Source of the DNA: Waterburya sp.
Lineage (GTDB): Bacteria > Cyanobacteriota > Cyanobacteriia > Cyanobacteriales > Xenococcaceae
DNA: 64,000 bases
NCBI GenBank assembly: GCA_965217895.1
Contig: CBDCJV010000002.1
Span: 1,312,001 to 1,376,000 of the forward strand
Direction of reading: 5' to 3'
Below the pieces are notes generated by a model that ran no database searches, had not been told where the DNA came from, and saw only the letters and a list, made by a program, of their open reading frames with translations. A program made the translations under genes and the position numbers. Below are positions 1 to 11,123 of the stretch, in pieces; the first letter of the stretch is position 1, and every line of letters begins with the position of its first letter.

Positions 1-1390
1 GGGTATTAGGAGTCAACCAAGCAATGAGCAAGAGAATAATAATGCCAAAAGTAGCATATTTTTGACTGATACCGACATTAACGCTAAAACCTAAAAATCC
101 TACCCCCAAATTTCTTAAAAACCCTAAATAAGGCTCTAGAAAAGGTGCTAATTCAATACCATTAAAGCCAAACATAGACTTAAGCATTAAAATAGCGGTG
201 GCAAAACTATTGGCACGGAAAAATACCCAAGAAATTACTACAGCCATAAAAGTTGTTATCCATCCTATACCACGAAGTAACCAACCATCGTTTTTCAAAT
301 TATGCCCTAGACTTTTGCGCCAAGAACGATATAAATGATTAATAACTAAATAGAATCCTTGTAATCCCCCCCACAAAACAAAAGTCCAGCCTGCACCATG
401 CCACAATCCTCCTAACAACATAGTAATTAACAAGTTAAAGTAACGTCTAAATTCCCCTTTACGGCTTCCTCCCAAAGGTATATATAAATAATCGCGCAAG
501 AAATGAGAGAGGGTAATATGCCATCTACGCCAAAAATCAACAATACTAATTGACTTGTAAGGTGAATTGAAATTTATTGGCAAACTGATTCCGAACATAT
601 AGGCTGCACCAATTGCCATGTCACAATAACCAGAAAAATCAAAATAAAGCTGTAAAGTATAGCCTAATGCTCCTACCCAAGCTTCAGAGAAGGTCAAATC
701 TATTCCTTGAGATGCTGCTGCAAAAGCCAAATTAGAAAATTCGGCAATGCGATCGGCAAAAATAACTTTTTTGAATAAACCAGCCATAAAAAACGTTAAA
801 CCTATGGCTAGATGAGTCTGATTAAACTTGTAGATAGACGTTGTTTCAAATTGCGGTAGAACTTCTTTGTGATGAACTATTGGTCCTGCAATTAATTGTG
901 GAAAAAAGCAGACAAACAGCATATACTTCAAAATACTATATTCTTTAGTTTCACCTTTATAAGCATCAACTAAGTATGCTATTTGTTGAAAGGTGAAAAA
1001 GGAAATTCCCAGAGGAATTACTATAGTAGGAACAGTAAAATTAGCACCAACAAAATAATTTATATTACTAACTAAAAACCCTGAATACTTAAAGTAGCAA
1101 ATTAACGCCAAGTTAAATATAATACCGAGGATGAGTAATCTTTTCTTGGTTTTTGTTTTCTCTATTACATTTCCCAATAGATAACCCATCCCATAGTTAA
1201 CTGCGATAGATATCAAAATTAAGGGAAGATTTACAATCTTATACTTAGCGTAGAAAAATAGTGAGGCTGCAACTAGCCAATATATAGGCATTTGCTGTTT
1301 GACATACTTTGGTTTTCTACTAATTAAAAAGAAACCCAATAAAGTAATCGGCAAAAACAGAAAAATAAATTCAAATGAATTGAAAAGCAT
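1..1390 (-). CDS. MBOAT family O-acyltransferase (AlgI/DltB-like); 3' end runs off the window
   Basis: Not in the ORF track. Manual translation from ATG at 1390 gives MLFNSFEFIFLFLP..., later PLGISFFTFQQIAYLVD, FFPQLIAGPIVHH, YFDFSGYCDMAIG, FWRRWHITLS and GLWHGAGWTF, all typical AlgI/MBOAT motifs. Confidence 0.93.
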   Translation of the reverse strand, partial: MLFNSFEFIFLFLPITLLGFFLISRKPKYVKQQMPIYWLVAASLFFYAKYKIVNLPLILISIAVNYGMGYLLGNVIEKTKTKKRLLILGIIFNLALICYFKYSGFLVSNINYFVGANFTVPTIVIPLGISFFTFQQIAYLVDAYKGETKEYSILKYMLFVCFFPQLIAGPIVHHKEVLPQFETTSIYKFNQTHLAIGLTFFMAGLFKKVIFADRIAEFSNLAFAAASQGIDLTFSEAWVGALGYTLQLYFDFSGYCDMAIGAAYMFGISLPINFNSPYKSISIVDFWRRWHITLSHFLRDYLYIPLGGSRKGEFRRYFNLLITMLLGGLWHGAGWTFVLWGGLQGFYLVINHLYRSWRKSLGHNLKNDGWLLRGIGWITTFMAVVISWVFFRANSFATAILMLKSMFGFNGIELAPFLEPYLGFLRNLGVGFLGFSVNVGISQKYATFGIIILLLIAWLTPNT

Positions 1391-1685
1391 AATTTTAGAG
1401 CAAGGATTATGTGTAATTATTAACCGTAGAAAAGTTCAAATTTTTGTTCAATATTGGCAAAGAATGTATTTAAATATAGATAGTCAAAATAGTTTTTATA
1501 AACTGCTAATTTAGCATAAAGTCTATAGACTCATGGTAAATATTAAGTTGAAAAATAGAAGCTACTTGTTGAATTATTACTGTTCATTTTTTTATTATCT
1601 GTGATCTGACGACAATTTTATTAGTGTTTAACCTCTAAATCAATAAGCAAATTAATGGTTTTATAAGATTATAGATATGTAAGTT

Positions 1686-2960
1686 TTATTTAGTTGCTTG
1701 CCGATATAAGTAAAAAACAATTAACCATAAACAAACCACTCTTAATGAGTCAGAAATTAAGGTAGCCCAAGCAGCACCCTGCCAAGAAAACTTGGGAATA
1801 AGCAATATATTTAAGCAGACATTAAGAATTGCAGCACCTACTTGGACTATGCTACGAGCTTTTTGATTTCCTGAACCCGTGAGAGAATCTGCTGCTAAAT
1901 ATTGAAAAGCGGCGATCGCTGGCAAAGGTGATAATAATATTAATGCCCCAATGGCATCTTTGTATTCTTCACCTAAAATCAAAGGGATATAAGGAGCAAT
2001 AATAAAATAGCCAATGACGCTGGCGATCGCATAAAATGCCATGAAAGGCAGCAGACGTTTGGCAAGGCTTAAGCTACCTTTAATTCCCGATGCGCCATGC
2101 TGAAAAAACCTAGTATAGGTAGCACCAGATAATGCCAAGAGAGGAACATTACCAACATCAATAAAGCGATAAGCTGAACCATATATTCCAGCAGCACCAA
2201 CACTAGAGAATTTACCCAGCATCGATTTATCCAAGCCTGCGTTGATATTATTGGCTGAAGCACTAATAGCAAAATACAGTCCCTGACCAATATTAGATTT
2301 AAGTTCCGCTAAAATAGGTCTTGGGAAACCTACCATTTTATGCACTATTGAGACAGTAATAATAGAAGTAACTACCGAACTGGTGAAGTATAAATAACTC
2401 CAGGTGGCAATACCTGGATTCTCAAAAAAAGCAGCCAAACACAGAGCAGCCAGGAGCTTGCCACAAGTATTCAATATTCCTAACTGTGCCGTCTTTTTGA
2501 CCATGTCATTAGCCATCAGAGCTTTAGACCCTAGATCGTACAAGGCTAAGCAAATTAGGTCTGATAGTAAGATTAGTAGGATTGTTCCCCATACAATATT
2601 TTTGGGAAATATCAAGGGAGACATCAAGAGCAAAGCTAAAGTTAAAAAAGAACCATTAGCAGTTAAAAGAACCAGGGCATTGCCCCAATAGGTACTAAAG
2701 CTGGCTTTATTAGTCGAAACATTTTTGACGAGGACGTGTTCACTACCTAAAGCTACAAAGGGAAAAATAATTGATGCGCAAGCAGTAATAACAATAAAAG
2801 AACCATAATTTTCTTTTCCCAATATACGGGCAACGATAACAAAGTATCCAGTTTGCATGACCACATTAAACAATCTGGATGACAGCATCCAGAAAGTATC
2901 CCGTGCCAGATTACTCTGAAATAGATTTGTTGCTTTCGCTCTTATTTCTACTATATTCAT
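1686..2960 (-). CDS. Polysaccharide flippase (Wzx/MATE-like)
   Basis: 424 aa multi-TM protein with ARILGKENYG and LLIPKFSWQGAAWATL; lies in the EPS locus. Confidence 0.88.
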   Translation of the reverse strand: MNIVEIRAKATNLFQSNLARDTFWMLSSRLFNVVMQTGYFVIVARILGKENYGSFIVITACASIIFPFVALGSEHVLVKNVSTNKASFSTYWGNALVLLTANGSFLTLALLLMSPLIFPKNIVWGTILLILLSDLICLALYDLGSKALMANDMVKKTAQLGILNTCGKLLAALCLAAFFENPGIATWSYLYFTSSVVTSIITVSIVHKMVGFPRPILAELKSNIGQGLYFAISASANNINAGLDKSMLGKFSSVGAAGIYGSAYRFIDVGNVPLLALSGATYTRFFQHGASGIKGSLSLAKRLLPFMAFYAIASVIGYFIIAPYIPLILGEEYKDAIGALILLSPLPAIAAFQYLAADSLTGSGNQKARSIVQVGAAILNVCLNILLIPKFSWQGAAWATLISDSLRVVCLWLIVFYLYRQATK

Positions 2961-2963
2961 GGT

Positions 2964-4640
2964 TTAGGTAGAATATGATACTTGTGGTATCAAAGCTTTT
3001 CCATCCAGATGTTCTGGTATTTCTGCATTCATCAAGCTCAAAATTGTTGGAGCTAAATCTACAGCTTCACCAGCAGATAAGTTAGATCCAGCAGGAATAT
3101 GATCTCCTTTAGCTAATAGAAAACCTTGACCTTTATGCCCACCTGCTCGACAGTGAGTCAGAGGCCCAACACGACCTAATCTTGAACTATCAACAACATC
3201 TGTGATTGGTTCTTGCCACAATACTACTAAGTCTGCATCAGGTAGCTTGGGATTATTATCCAAAGGAACAGTACGGGTTTTAACTACCTGCTTGACAATT
3301 TTTTTACCTGTTCTGCCATCTTGAAGGTCATAAAGAATTTCCGTCAATTCTGCACACAGAGCATCGTACTCTGAAGGCTCAACTACACCATCTCTATCTC
3401 TGCCTTTAAGATTGATACGGATATGTCCATTGGTAAAGGCAGGCAAAGCAAATGCTTTCATTTCTGGCCACAAAGGCGAGTACCACATACCAGGCATCCA
3501 GCCCATAGCTAATTCTTGTTCAATTGGTTCATCCAAGAGGCTATAAGGTGAGAGTAAACCATGTTTTTGACCTCTTAAAAACTTTTTGTGAGTCCAGGTG
3601 CGAAATAGCTTTTTAAGCGGATTAGGTTCATGAACCTGACTCCAGATTTCTCCAGCCCAAGAATTTCTAATCGGTTTTGTGACCATGGGCGAAGGAGTAG
3701 CACCAACTTTTCCTGGAGCGATCGCCGCTTTGCCATAATGAAAACGATATAATAGCTCTGGCAATACAGCCATACTTAATAAATCGGTAAAGTTAGCAGC
3801 CATACCGTGAGCCGAAAAACAAACTATATTCGCATCTTTAGGAGCTTGGGCTAAAATTTCGCCAATTGCGCGATCGACGTGCTGATAGGTTTTTAATACG
3901 GGATCGGCTTTAGTACCATTATTCGTAAGATATTTATAGGCAGGATGATCGGCTTGACTATGGTTATATAAATCGTGACCAATAGTATGAGTTTCACCAA
4001 ATACCATCAGGAATAAATCCCAATCATCTTGCTTGAGTAAATCACGAGCGATCGCCGAATGCCCATCAATACTCTTTCCTACAGCTTCTTGAATCCAGGT
4101 AACGTATTCTGGATTCCACCACAGCCCATTGTCATTATGTAAAACTGGGTTTTTACCATATTTTTTCGTAATAGCTGTAAAAAGTTCAGGAGGGTTGGAA
4201 GCACTGACGGTATAAGGATAATGTCCACCCCAACCCAAAATCTGCACCCCATTAACATCATTAGAAAGAGTAGTTACTGGAACATCTAAAACTGCAACTT
4301 TATAATCTTTTCCTAGGGCATAGAAAGGAGAATACTCTTGATAGTCATAACCGCTAGTGACTACATCGCAGATAATTTCATAGTTTTCTGGGTCGTAGCT
4401 AGCCGTATCCCAATAACCAAGCGTATCAACGCGACATCCAGTCGAAAAGGTTGCCCACAAAGGTTCAGTAGTTGAATATTCTGTAGGCACACCACAATAA
4501 TTCACCGTATTGTCTAAACGACCGTAAATTCCAGATTGACGAATTTTACTTAAATTTGGAAGATGTCCCGCAGCCATCCATTCTTCGATTAGCCTCGGTT
4601 CTGCTGCATCTAAGCCAATAACAATAGTTGATTTTTTCAT
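2964..4640 (-). CDS. Alkaline phosphatase superfamily protein (type I phosphodiesterase/nucleotide pyrophosphatase-like)
   Basis: N-terminal VIGLDAA and LPNL, SAHG motif, INLKGR, C-terminal GGH...DLAPTIL. Confidence 0.85.
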   Translation of the reverse strand: MKKSTIVIGLDAAEPRLIEEWMAAGHLPNLSKIRQSGIYGRLDNTVNYCGVPTEYSTTEPLWATFSTGCRVDTLGYWDTASYDPENYEIICDVVTSGYDYQEYSPFYALGKDYKVAVLDVPVTTLSNDVNGVQILGWGGHYPYTVSASNPPELFTAITKKYGKNPVLHNDNGLWWNPEYVTWIQEAVGKSIDGHSAIARDLLKQDDWDLFLMVFGETHTIGHDLYNHSQADHPAYKYLTNNGTKADPVLKTYQHVDRAIGEILAQAPKDANIVCFSAHGMAANFTDLLSMAVLPELLYRFHYGKAAIAPGKVGATPSPMVTKPIRNSWAGEIWSQVHEPNPLKKLFRTWTHKKFLRGQKHGLLSPYSLLDEPIEQELAMGWMPGMWYSPLWPEMKAFALPAFTNGHIRINLKGRDRDGVVEPSEYDALCAELTEILYDLQDGRTGKKIVKQVVKTRTVPLDNNPKLPDADLVVLWQEPITDVVDSSRLGRVGPLTHCRAGGHKGQGFLLAKGDHIPAGSNLSAGEAVDLAPTILSLMNAEIPEHLDGKALIPQVSYST

Positions 4641-4711
4641 TTTTTTAGAGAAAACAGTTATTCCAAGTTCTTAAATTACACTTACAAACTAAATGTTTGG
4701 ATTATGTATGT

Positions 4712-6907
4712 CTAGGCAGGGGCAGTTTTAGAGCTGCTACTCTCAGGAGAACTGGAAAAGTAGCTTTTACTGTATTTAGCGTGATAAGAATAGCGGTCAA
4801 ATTCGTTAGGCTTGACTCCATTAATAACCATTCCCAATACTTTTTGAGAAAGGTTGGCATTGGCTATAGTTTCTTGCGCTAATTCAGCACTCTCGTTTTC
4901 CACCACCCCTGGTCTACTTACAAAAACAATACCATCAGCAAGTTTGGTTAAGGTTAAAACATCAGCAGTCACAGCTAAAGGTGGAGCGTCAATAATAATT
5001 AACTCATATTCTTTTCTGGCTTTAGCTACTAGTTCGCTCATTTCGGCTGAATCTAATAAAGCAAGTGGGTTAGGAGCAATTATTCCAGCAGTTAGCAGAT
5101 CGAGTTGCTGCATTGGCTGAGAAACAACTTGAGCCAATGGTGTTTTATGAGTTACAACATCCTTGACCCCAGCTTTATTACTTACTTGCCACAGTTCATG
5201 TTGAGAACCCTTTCTTAAGTCAGCGTCAATTAATAAGACTTTGCGACCTAGCTGAGACATCGCCGCAGCTAGGTTGGCAGCAACGGTAGATTTACCCTCT
5301 CCTGGAACTGAACTAGTCATTAAAATAACTTTTGGTTGTCGCTTAACGGCTAAAAACTTAAGGTTAGTTTGAATCATGCGATAGATTTCGCTGGCAAAAG
5401 AATCAGGTTCTCTTTGGACAATAATTCCACCTTGATGTTCTTGTAAGGTATCCAAAGGAACAATACCTAATACTTGATAAGCAAACTTTTGTTTGATTTC
5501 AGGAATAGTTTTCAAGGTGCGATCCTGCATTTCTAGCAAAATTGCAGTTAGGTTGGCAAGAAATAATCCCATCAAAACACCCAAAGCCAGTAACATTACT
5601 CTGCCCGTGCTGCCTTCTTGAGGAATTTGACCCTGCTCTATAACCTCAGCATTACCCGTATCTTTATTGAGTAGTAACCCTAAATCTTGTTTACTATCTA
5701 ATAGTGTGTTGTAGGTAGAGCGAGAACTATCAACTTCACGAAGTAAGGATTGTTCCTGTTTTTCTAGTCTGGGGATTGCTTGAGAACGAGCCAAATAAAC
5801 TTTCTGAAATTGGTATAAAGATGATAATTGTGTTTCTAAGTTTAATTCGTCTATTTTGAGATTAATAAATCTTTCTAATTGGTTTTCTTTGACACTATTT
5901 CCACTCTGCAATAATCCAGCCGAAACTTTTCCTCCAACATATTGAGCAATAAGCTGCTGTAGTTGAGAATTTAAAGCTTGTTTCTTCTCATTTAAGCTAA
6001 CAACTGTTGGATGATTATCATTAAAACGCTGACGTTCTTGGGATAATTCTGTTTCTGTTGCTTGTTGTTGGGTAAGAATGCTTTGCACTTGAGGCGTGTT
6101 AGCTAATTGATTAGCACTTATCGCTTGATTCAGGTTTAGACCCAACTGATTTTGGAGACTTTGAGCTTGAGCTTTCTTACCTTGAAGGTCTGCACCTGTG
6201 GTAGAAATTTGGCGATTGAGATTACCTAGGTCAGCTACCAAAGTTTTCTTCTCTTCTTGTAAATCTACGATCTGATTTTTTTCGTAAAAATTCTGTAACC
6301 TGGATTCTAAACTTTGAAGTTTATTCTCAATTTGAGGAATTTCTTTAGTAACAAAGCTATTTGCACTAGCGGTTGCGGATTTATTACTACGAACTTGTTC
6401 TTTGATGTAGACATCCATTAAGGTATTTACTACCTTAGAAGCTATTACAGGATCTCGATCTTTGTATTGCAATTCAATAACATCAGTTCCGCCAACGATA
6501 TCTACTACCAGTTTTTTTTGTAGTGCCTCAACTTTTAAAGGTTTGCCTTCTTCATCCTCTAGCTTTAACTGATCTATGGTTTGCTGTAAAACTGGTTCTG
6601 AAGTTATACGCAGCTTTTCTGTACTCAGAGGAGTTTGATTGTCTAATAAAGACCGAAACTCATTAGTACTGCCTTTAATGTCACTTATTGAGCCTATAGA
6701 ATTTTTCTTGAATAGTATTTTGCCTTCGGATTTATATGTTTTTTCTAAAAAGCTGCTTAGGAAGGCAGTGGTACCAACAGTAAAGACAAAAACGGCTAAG
6801 GCAGGAAGCCAGCGGCGTTTAAGCTTGAGAAAATAGTTTCCTACATTAATATCAAGTTCTTCTCGCTGGCTAGGATAAGAACCATTATTTTTTTGCAAGT
6901 TAGTCAT
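4712..6907 (-). CDS. wzc: Polysaccharide co-polymerase / tyrosine autokinase (Wzc/GumC)
   Basis: TM-coiled coil-TM, then Walker A (SVPGEGKST), IDADLR, IIDAPP and a Tyr-rich tail. Confidence 0.92.
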   Translation of the reverse strand: MTNLQKNNGSYPSQREELDINVGNYFLKLKRRWLPALAVFVFTVGTTAFLSSFLEKTYKSEGKILFKKNSIGSISDIKGSTNEFRSLLDNQTPLSTEKLRITSEPVLQQTIDQLKLEDEEGKPLKVEALQKKLVVDIVGGTDVIELQYKDRDPVIASKVVNTLMDVYIKEQVRSNKSATASANSFVTKEIPQIENKLQSLESRLQNFYEKNQIVDLQEEKKTLVADLGNLNRQISTTGADLQGKKAQAQSLQNQLGLNLNQAISANQLANTPQVQSILTQQQATETELSQERQRFNDNHPTVVSLNEKKQALNSQLQQLIAQYVGGKVSAGLLQSGNSVKENQLERFINLKIDELNLETQLSSLYQFQKVYLARSQAIPRLEKQEQSLLREVDSSRSTYNTLLDSKQDLGLLLNKDTGNAEVIEQGQIPQEGSTGRVMLLALGVLMGLFLANLTAILLEMQDRTLKTIPEIKQKFAYQVLGIVPLDTLQEHQGGIIVQREPDSFASEIYRMIQTNLKFLAVKRQPKVILMTSSVPGEGKSTVAANLAAAMSQLGRKVLLIDADLRKGSQHELWQVSNKAGVKDVVTHKTPLAQVVSQPMQQLDLLTAGIIAPNPLALLDSAEMSELVAKARKEYELIIIDAPPLAVTADVLTLTKLADGIVFVSRPGVVENESAELAQETIANANLSQKVLGMVINGVKPNEFDRYSYHAKYSKSYFSSSPESSSSKTAPA

Positions 6908-7750
6908 AGTGTTTTCCTTAAAGGTAATTTTAACGCTGCGTATTTGTCTAAAATAATTTCTTAGTATTTACTGTTATAAAAAATTTATAGGCGATTAGAC
7001 AGGTGGATATCTTAAAGTTTTAGTAAAGTTGGGGTTAATTAATATAAAAATATTAAAAAGCAGCTAAATTGTTAGTTTTTATGAAATGTTTAGCCTCTAT
7101 CATTATATTTCTTACAAATAGAAGTTCACAACAAATAGCTGGCTAATTTTTAAAGATTATTTCTTTGACCATTTAATTTAGTTTACTAACTTCAAATTAT
7201 GTTTGCTATTTGCTGTTGTTTGTAGCTGATTTATCTTAAGTTTGTAATATTCCACATAAAAATCATTAAGTGATATTTAAAATATGAATAGCTATAATAA
7301 CTGACTATTGTTTATTAATATAGCCTTTATCTTTTGAGATTGAATTGATTTAAATCACTCAATCAAAAATCAACACATTGGCAGTGAATATATTGATTGT
7401 TCAGAAAAAGCCTTACTCAAGACACCCTAAATAAAACAAAAAGATAATCTATTTAATTCTATCTTTTAACAAAAGATATAACCAGAATAAGACTGCTATT
7501 GTATCTCGATCAAAATTTTAAAAGAGCAACTAGGGTTATGCTTTCTCATTAAAATTACAGATATTAGAGGAAAATACTGAAATATGCCTATCATTGAAGT
7601 GGAACAATAACAGTATAATCACCCCTTTGTCTCTAATAGAATTTAACTATACGCATTATTAAATTTAAAACTAATTTGAAGTTCACTATAAAAAATCAAG
7701 TTAGATTTTTTAGCGAGCCTAAGAAATAATTTATTTTTCTACATTTAGAA

Positions 7751-8194
7751 ATGGTTAATTTATTCAAATCCAATGTTATCAATGTTTTAGTGTTGACTAT
7801 TGCTGTATTACTGGGTAACAGCAAGACTATCATGGCACAAAGCAACTTCAAACAACTCAAAACAACTCAAACAAATCAAGTTATCACAGGTCAATCTGGT
7901 GGTTCTATTGATAGTCAAGGCTGTGGCTTTATTAGTAATACTCCTAATTATGAAATGAATCTAGAGCAAAGAATGGACTACATGAGATTGACGGTTCAGG
8001 CAGATGGGGGGCAGCCAACTTTGTTAGTGTTAGGACCTAATGCAGGCGATCGCTTTTGTGTTTTAGGTGATGAAACATCAGGATTAAAGCCTGAAATATC
8101 TGGAGTGTGGGAATCAGGCAGCTATCAGGTATATATTGGCGATCGCCTTGGAGGTCAACATTCCTTTACCCTAGATATTTCTACGGATAACTAA
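7751..8194 (+). CDS. Hypothetical exported protein
   Basis: 147 aa ORF with a signal-peptide-like N-terminus, two Cys and a beta-rich C-terminus (GSYQVYIGD). Confidence 0.7.
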   Translation: MVNLFKSNVINVLVLTIAVLLGNSKTIMAQSNFKQLKTTQTNQVITGQSGGSIDSQGCGFISNTPNYEMNLEQRMDYMRLTVQADGGQPTLLVLGPNAGDRFCVLGDETSGLKPEISGVWESGSYQVYIGDRLGGQHSFTLDISTDN

Positions 8195-8206
8195 TTCTCG
8201 ATCTGC

Positions 8207-8596
8207 TTAATTACCTTCTTCGACAACATTAACCGATGATACTTCTACTGCATCAACATCTATCGTCCCTGGAAGTGTTATGCGGCTAAAACTATCTCCT
8301 TCTACTTGTAACGCCTCGCCACAGCTTGGGCAGTTAAACTCAGTATTTTTGAATCCAGTAAACTCATAGTCACAGACTGGACATTGAGCCTGAGTCAGCT
8401 TGCGCTTTAGCCACCACTGAAATCCCCAAACAGCTATGACTGGCAGGATAAATAAGAGGGCGATTACAATTAAAAAGCTGCTGACTATCCATTTGAAACC
8501 AAGACTAGCCCAGACAACTGCGATTAAGATTAAGCTGCCCCAGCAACCAAGACCAGATATATTGTATTGCAGTAATTTATTATAGCGATCGTTCAC
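8207..8596 (-). CDS. Membrane protein with Zn-ribbon (two CxxC), cyanobacterial hypothetical
   Basis: Two TM helices, then CPVC...CPSC and a TIDVDA tail. Confidence 0.8.
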   Translation of the reverse strand: MNDRYNKLLQYNISGLGCWGSLILIAVVWASLGFKWIVSSFLIVIALLFILPVIAVWGFQWWLKRKLTQAQCPVCDYEFTGFKNTEFNCPSCGEALQVEGDSFSRITLPGTIDVDAVEVSSVNVVEEGN

Positions 8597-8882
8597 TGTT
8601 TTAGTTACTCGCCTATTGTATTTTTGTTTTCCAATTTTAGTTTATCTTGCTTCTAAAAAGACAATTGCAGCTACACTTCGTTGTAATAGGACTTACGCAG
8701 TTCAACCAAAATATCATTTCTTAAGGAAGATAGTCGAGGGCAAGAAGCCATCATAGGCATACTATTCAAAGCAACAAGAAAGTTGTATCGTAAATTAGTT
8801 GAAGAACTAAGCGCGTAGATAAAACTTACACCTTAGTAGATCTGGTTCATTTTATATTCGCGCCTTAATCAAAATAAAATTT

Positions 8883-10001
8883 ATGAACACTAAAAAAAAT
8901 ATACTTTTTAAATGGTTTCAGTCTTGGTTAGCTAAGTTAGTTTTGAGCAGCGTCCTAACTTTTGTAGTTTTTGGTGCTAGCTTAATGGGCTGGCAACCTG
9001 AAGCATCAGCTATTTTGGCTCAGGGAGATGCAGTAACCGATCCTCAAGCTATTCTTCGCTATTCTTTACCTATAGAAAATGATTCTGTACGTAAACTGCA
9101 AAAAAGTTTAGAAGATATTTCCAATCAACTACGAGCTAAACGTTGGAACAATATTAGTCGGGATCTTAAAGATGCCAGCTTTGTATTATCGGCTCGTCGT
9201 GACAAACTCTTAGCAACTATTCCTGAAGAACGTAAACCTCAAGCGGAATCCTTGATCGAGCAGTTAGCTAGTGGAACAGAGGAATTAAAAGAAACTGTGG
9301 CAGCCAAAGATCGTGAAGGAACTTACCTCAAAAGAAGAGAGTTACTCGACCTTGTTACTAATTTAGAACAGTCGATGGTGGTAGGCTATCCTTTTGAAGT
9401 CCCAGAAGAATATGCTAGCCTGCCACAGCTTTTAGGTCGTGCCACTGTAGAGATGGAAACGAATAAGGGTAATTTAAAAGTTGTAGTTGATGGCTACAGT
9501 GCGCCTGTCAACGGTGGAAACTTCGTCGATTTGGTCAACCGTGGATTTTATGATGGCTTAGACTTTAACCGCGCCGAAGATTTCTATATCCTCCAAGCAG
9601 GCGATCCACCAGGAGATGCTAATGGTTTCATCGATCCTAAAACGAATGAGTACCGCGCTATTCCTTTGGAAGTTTTAGTAAAAGGAGATGAACTTCCTGT
9701 TTATGGAGATACTTTAGAAGAGTTAGGACGCTATTTAGATCAGCCTGCAATTCCTTTTAATGCCTATGGCGCGATCGCTTTAGCTCGTCCTGCCAATGAC
9801 CCTAATGGTGGCTCTTCACAGTTTTTCTTCTTTAAGTTCGATACTGAGATTACTCCTCCTGGTTATAACCTAATGGACGGACGCTATTCTGTATTTGGCT
9901 ATCTGGTAGAAGGAAAAGAAGTTCTAGAAGAATTAACCGAAGGAGATAAAATTATTTCTGCCAAGGTTATTGATGGTATTGATAACCTAAAAGAACCTTA
10001 A
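8883..10001 (+). CDS. Cyclophilin-type peptidyl-prolyl isomerase (TLP40/CYP38-like)
   Basis: Signal peptide, helical bundle, then VDGYSAPVNGGNFVDLV, QAGDP, SSQFFF and DGRYSVFGY. Confidence 0.92.
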   Translation: MNTKKNILFKWFQSWLAKLVLSSVLTFVVFGASLMGWQPEASAILAQGDAVTDPQAILRYSLPIENDSVRKLQKSLEDISNQLRAKRWNNISRDLKDASFVLSARRDKLLATIPEERKPQAESLIEQLASGTEELKETVAAKDREGTYLKRRELLDLVTNLEQSMVVGYPFEVPEEYASLPQLLGRATVEMETNKGNLKVVVDGYSAPVNGGNFVDLVNRGFYDGLDFNRAEDFYILQAGDPPGDANGFIDPKTNEYRAIPLEVLVKGDELPVYGDTLEELGRYLDQPAIPFNAYGAIALARPANDPNGGSSQFFFFKFDTEITPPGYNLMDGRYSVFGYLVEGKEVLEELTEGDKIISAKVIDGIDNLKEP

Positions 10002-10118
10002 CATTGAGCATTGAGCATTAGTTATTGCTAATTTTGGGATAGACCTAAAGGCTAATAGCTAATAGCTCATAGCTCTTTTAGAGTTGTTAAACTTGAGCCT
10101 CAAACCTAAAGATCGAAA

Positions 10119-11120
10119 ATGAGCGATAAACCCCTACGAGTAAAAGATTTAGGTGAGCATGGTTTATTAAAAAAGCTTCAGAGTTATTGTCCTAGGGAGA
10201 TCGTCGGCGATGATGGAGCAGTTTTAGAAATTACTCCTGGTAAATCTTTGGTGGTGACTACGGATGTTTTGGTAGATGAGGTTCATTTTAGCGATCGCAC
10301 TACCAACGCTTTTGATGTGGGTTGGCGTGCTGCTGCTGCTAATTTGTCGGATTTGGCAGCTATGGGAGCAAATCCTTTGGGAATTACCGTCGGCTTATCT
10401 TTACTAGGCGAGAAGGCTGTAGATTGGGTGGAAAACCTCTATCAGGGAATGGAGGCTTGTTTAAAGGTTTATAACACTCCGATAGTGGGAGGTGATATTT
10501 GTCGTTCTAGCGTTACTAGTATTGCCATTACTGCTTTTGGTGAAGTTCTCCCTACTAGAATAATTCGTCGTTCTAACGCCAAGCCAGGAGACGTTATTGT
10601 GGTAACAGGTTTGCACGGACTTTCAAGAGGCGGACTAGAAATACTGCTCGATCCAAGTAAAAGTAAAAATCTCGAATTTCAAGAGCGAGAAAGATTAATT
10701 GAGGCTCATCAAAGACCAAAGCCAAGACTAGATGTTTTGCCGTATTTAAACCGAATTCCTGAGAATATTGCGATCGCAGGTATGGATAGCAGCGATGGGC
10801 TAGCCGATGCGATCAGGCAAATCTGTAGCCGTAGTGGCGTTGGGGCGACCATTAACGGCGAAAATCTGCATATTTTTTCAGGATTAACTAAGTTGGCAGG
10901 ATTAGCAAAAGCTGGAGAATGGCTGCTTTATGGTGGAGAAGATTTTGAGTTGGTTTTATCTCTGCCTCTGAATTTTGCTCTTAGCTTAATCGAAAATCTT
11001 GGTTTAGATGCAGCAATTATTGGTGAGGTTACTCAAGGGTGCGAAATTAAAATAATCAACTGCAAAAATGATGATTTCCCCTTAACTTTAAATAAAGCTC
11101 AAGGATTTCAACATTTTTAG
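10119..11120 (+). CDS. thiL: Thiamine-monophosphate kinase
   Basis: GDDGA, NLSDLAAMG, GGD, DSSDGL and GGEDFEL motifs. Confidence 0.95.
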   Translation: MSDKPLRVKDLGEHGLLKKLQSYCPREIVGDDGAVLEITPGKSLVVTTDVLVDEVHFSDRTTNAFDVGWRAAAANLSDLAAMGANPLGITVGLSLLGEKAVDWVENLYQGMEACLKVYNTPIVGGDICRSSVTSIAITAFGEVLPTRIIRRSNAKPGDVIVVTGLHGLSRGGLEILLDPSKSKNLEFQERERLIEAHQRPKPRLDVLPYLNRIPENIAIAGMDSSDGLADAIRQICSRSGVGATINGENLHIFSGLTKLAGLAKAGEWLLYGGEDFELVLSLPLNFALSLIENLGLDAAIIGEVTQGCEIKIINCKNDDFPLTLNKAQGFQHF

Positions 11121-11123
11121 ATA

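Noticed and set aside
1299..1514. 71 aa + strand ORF
   Set aside because: Overlaps the MBOAT start on the opposite strand; AT-rich with no motifs
8687..8699. TAGGACTTACGCA, resembling a cyanobacterial MITE end
   Set aside because: No matching inverted partner found nearby; too short to call an element
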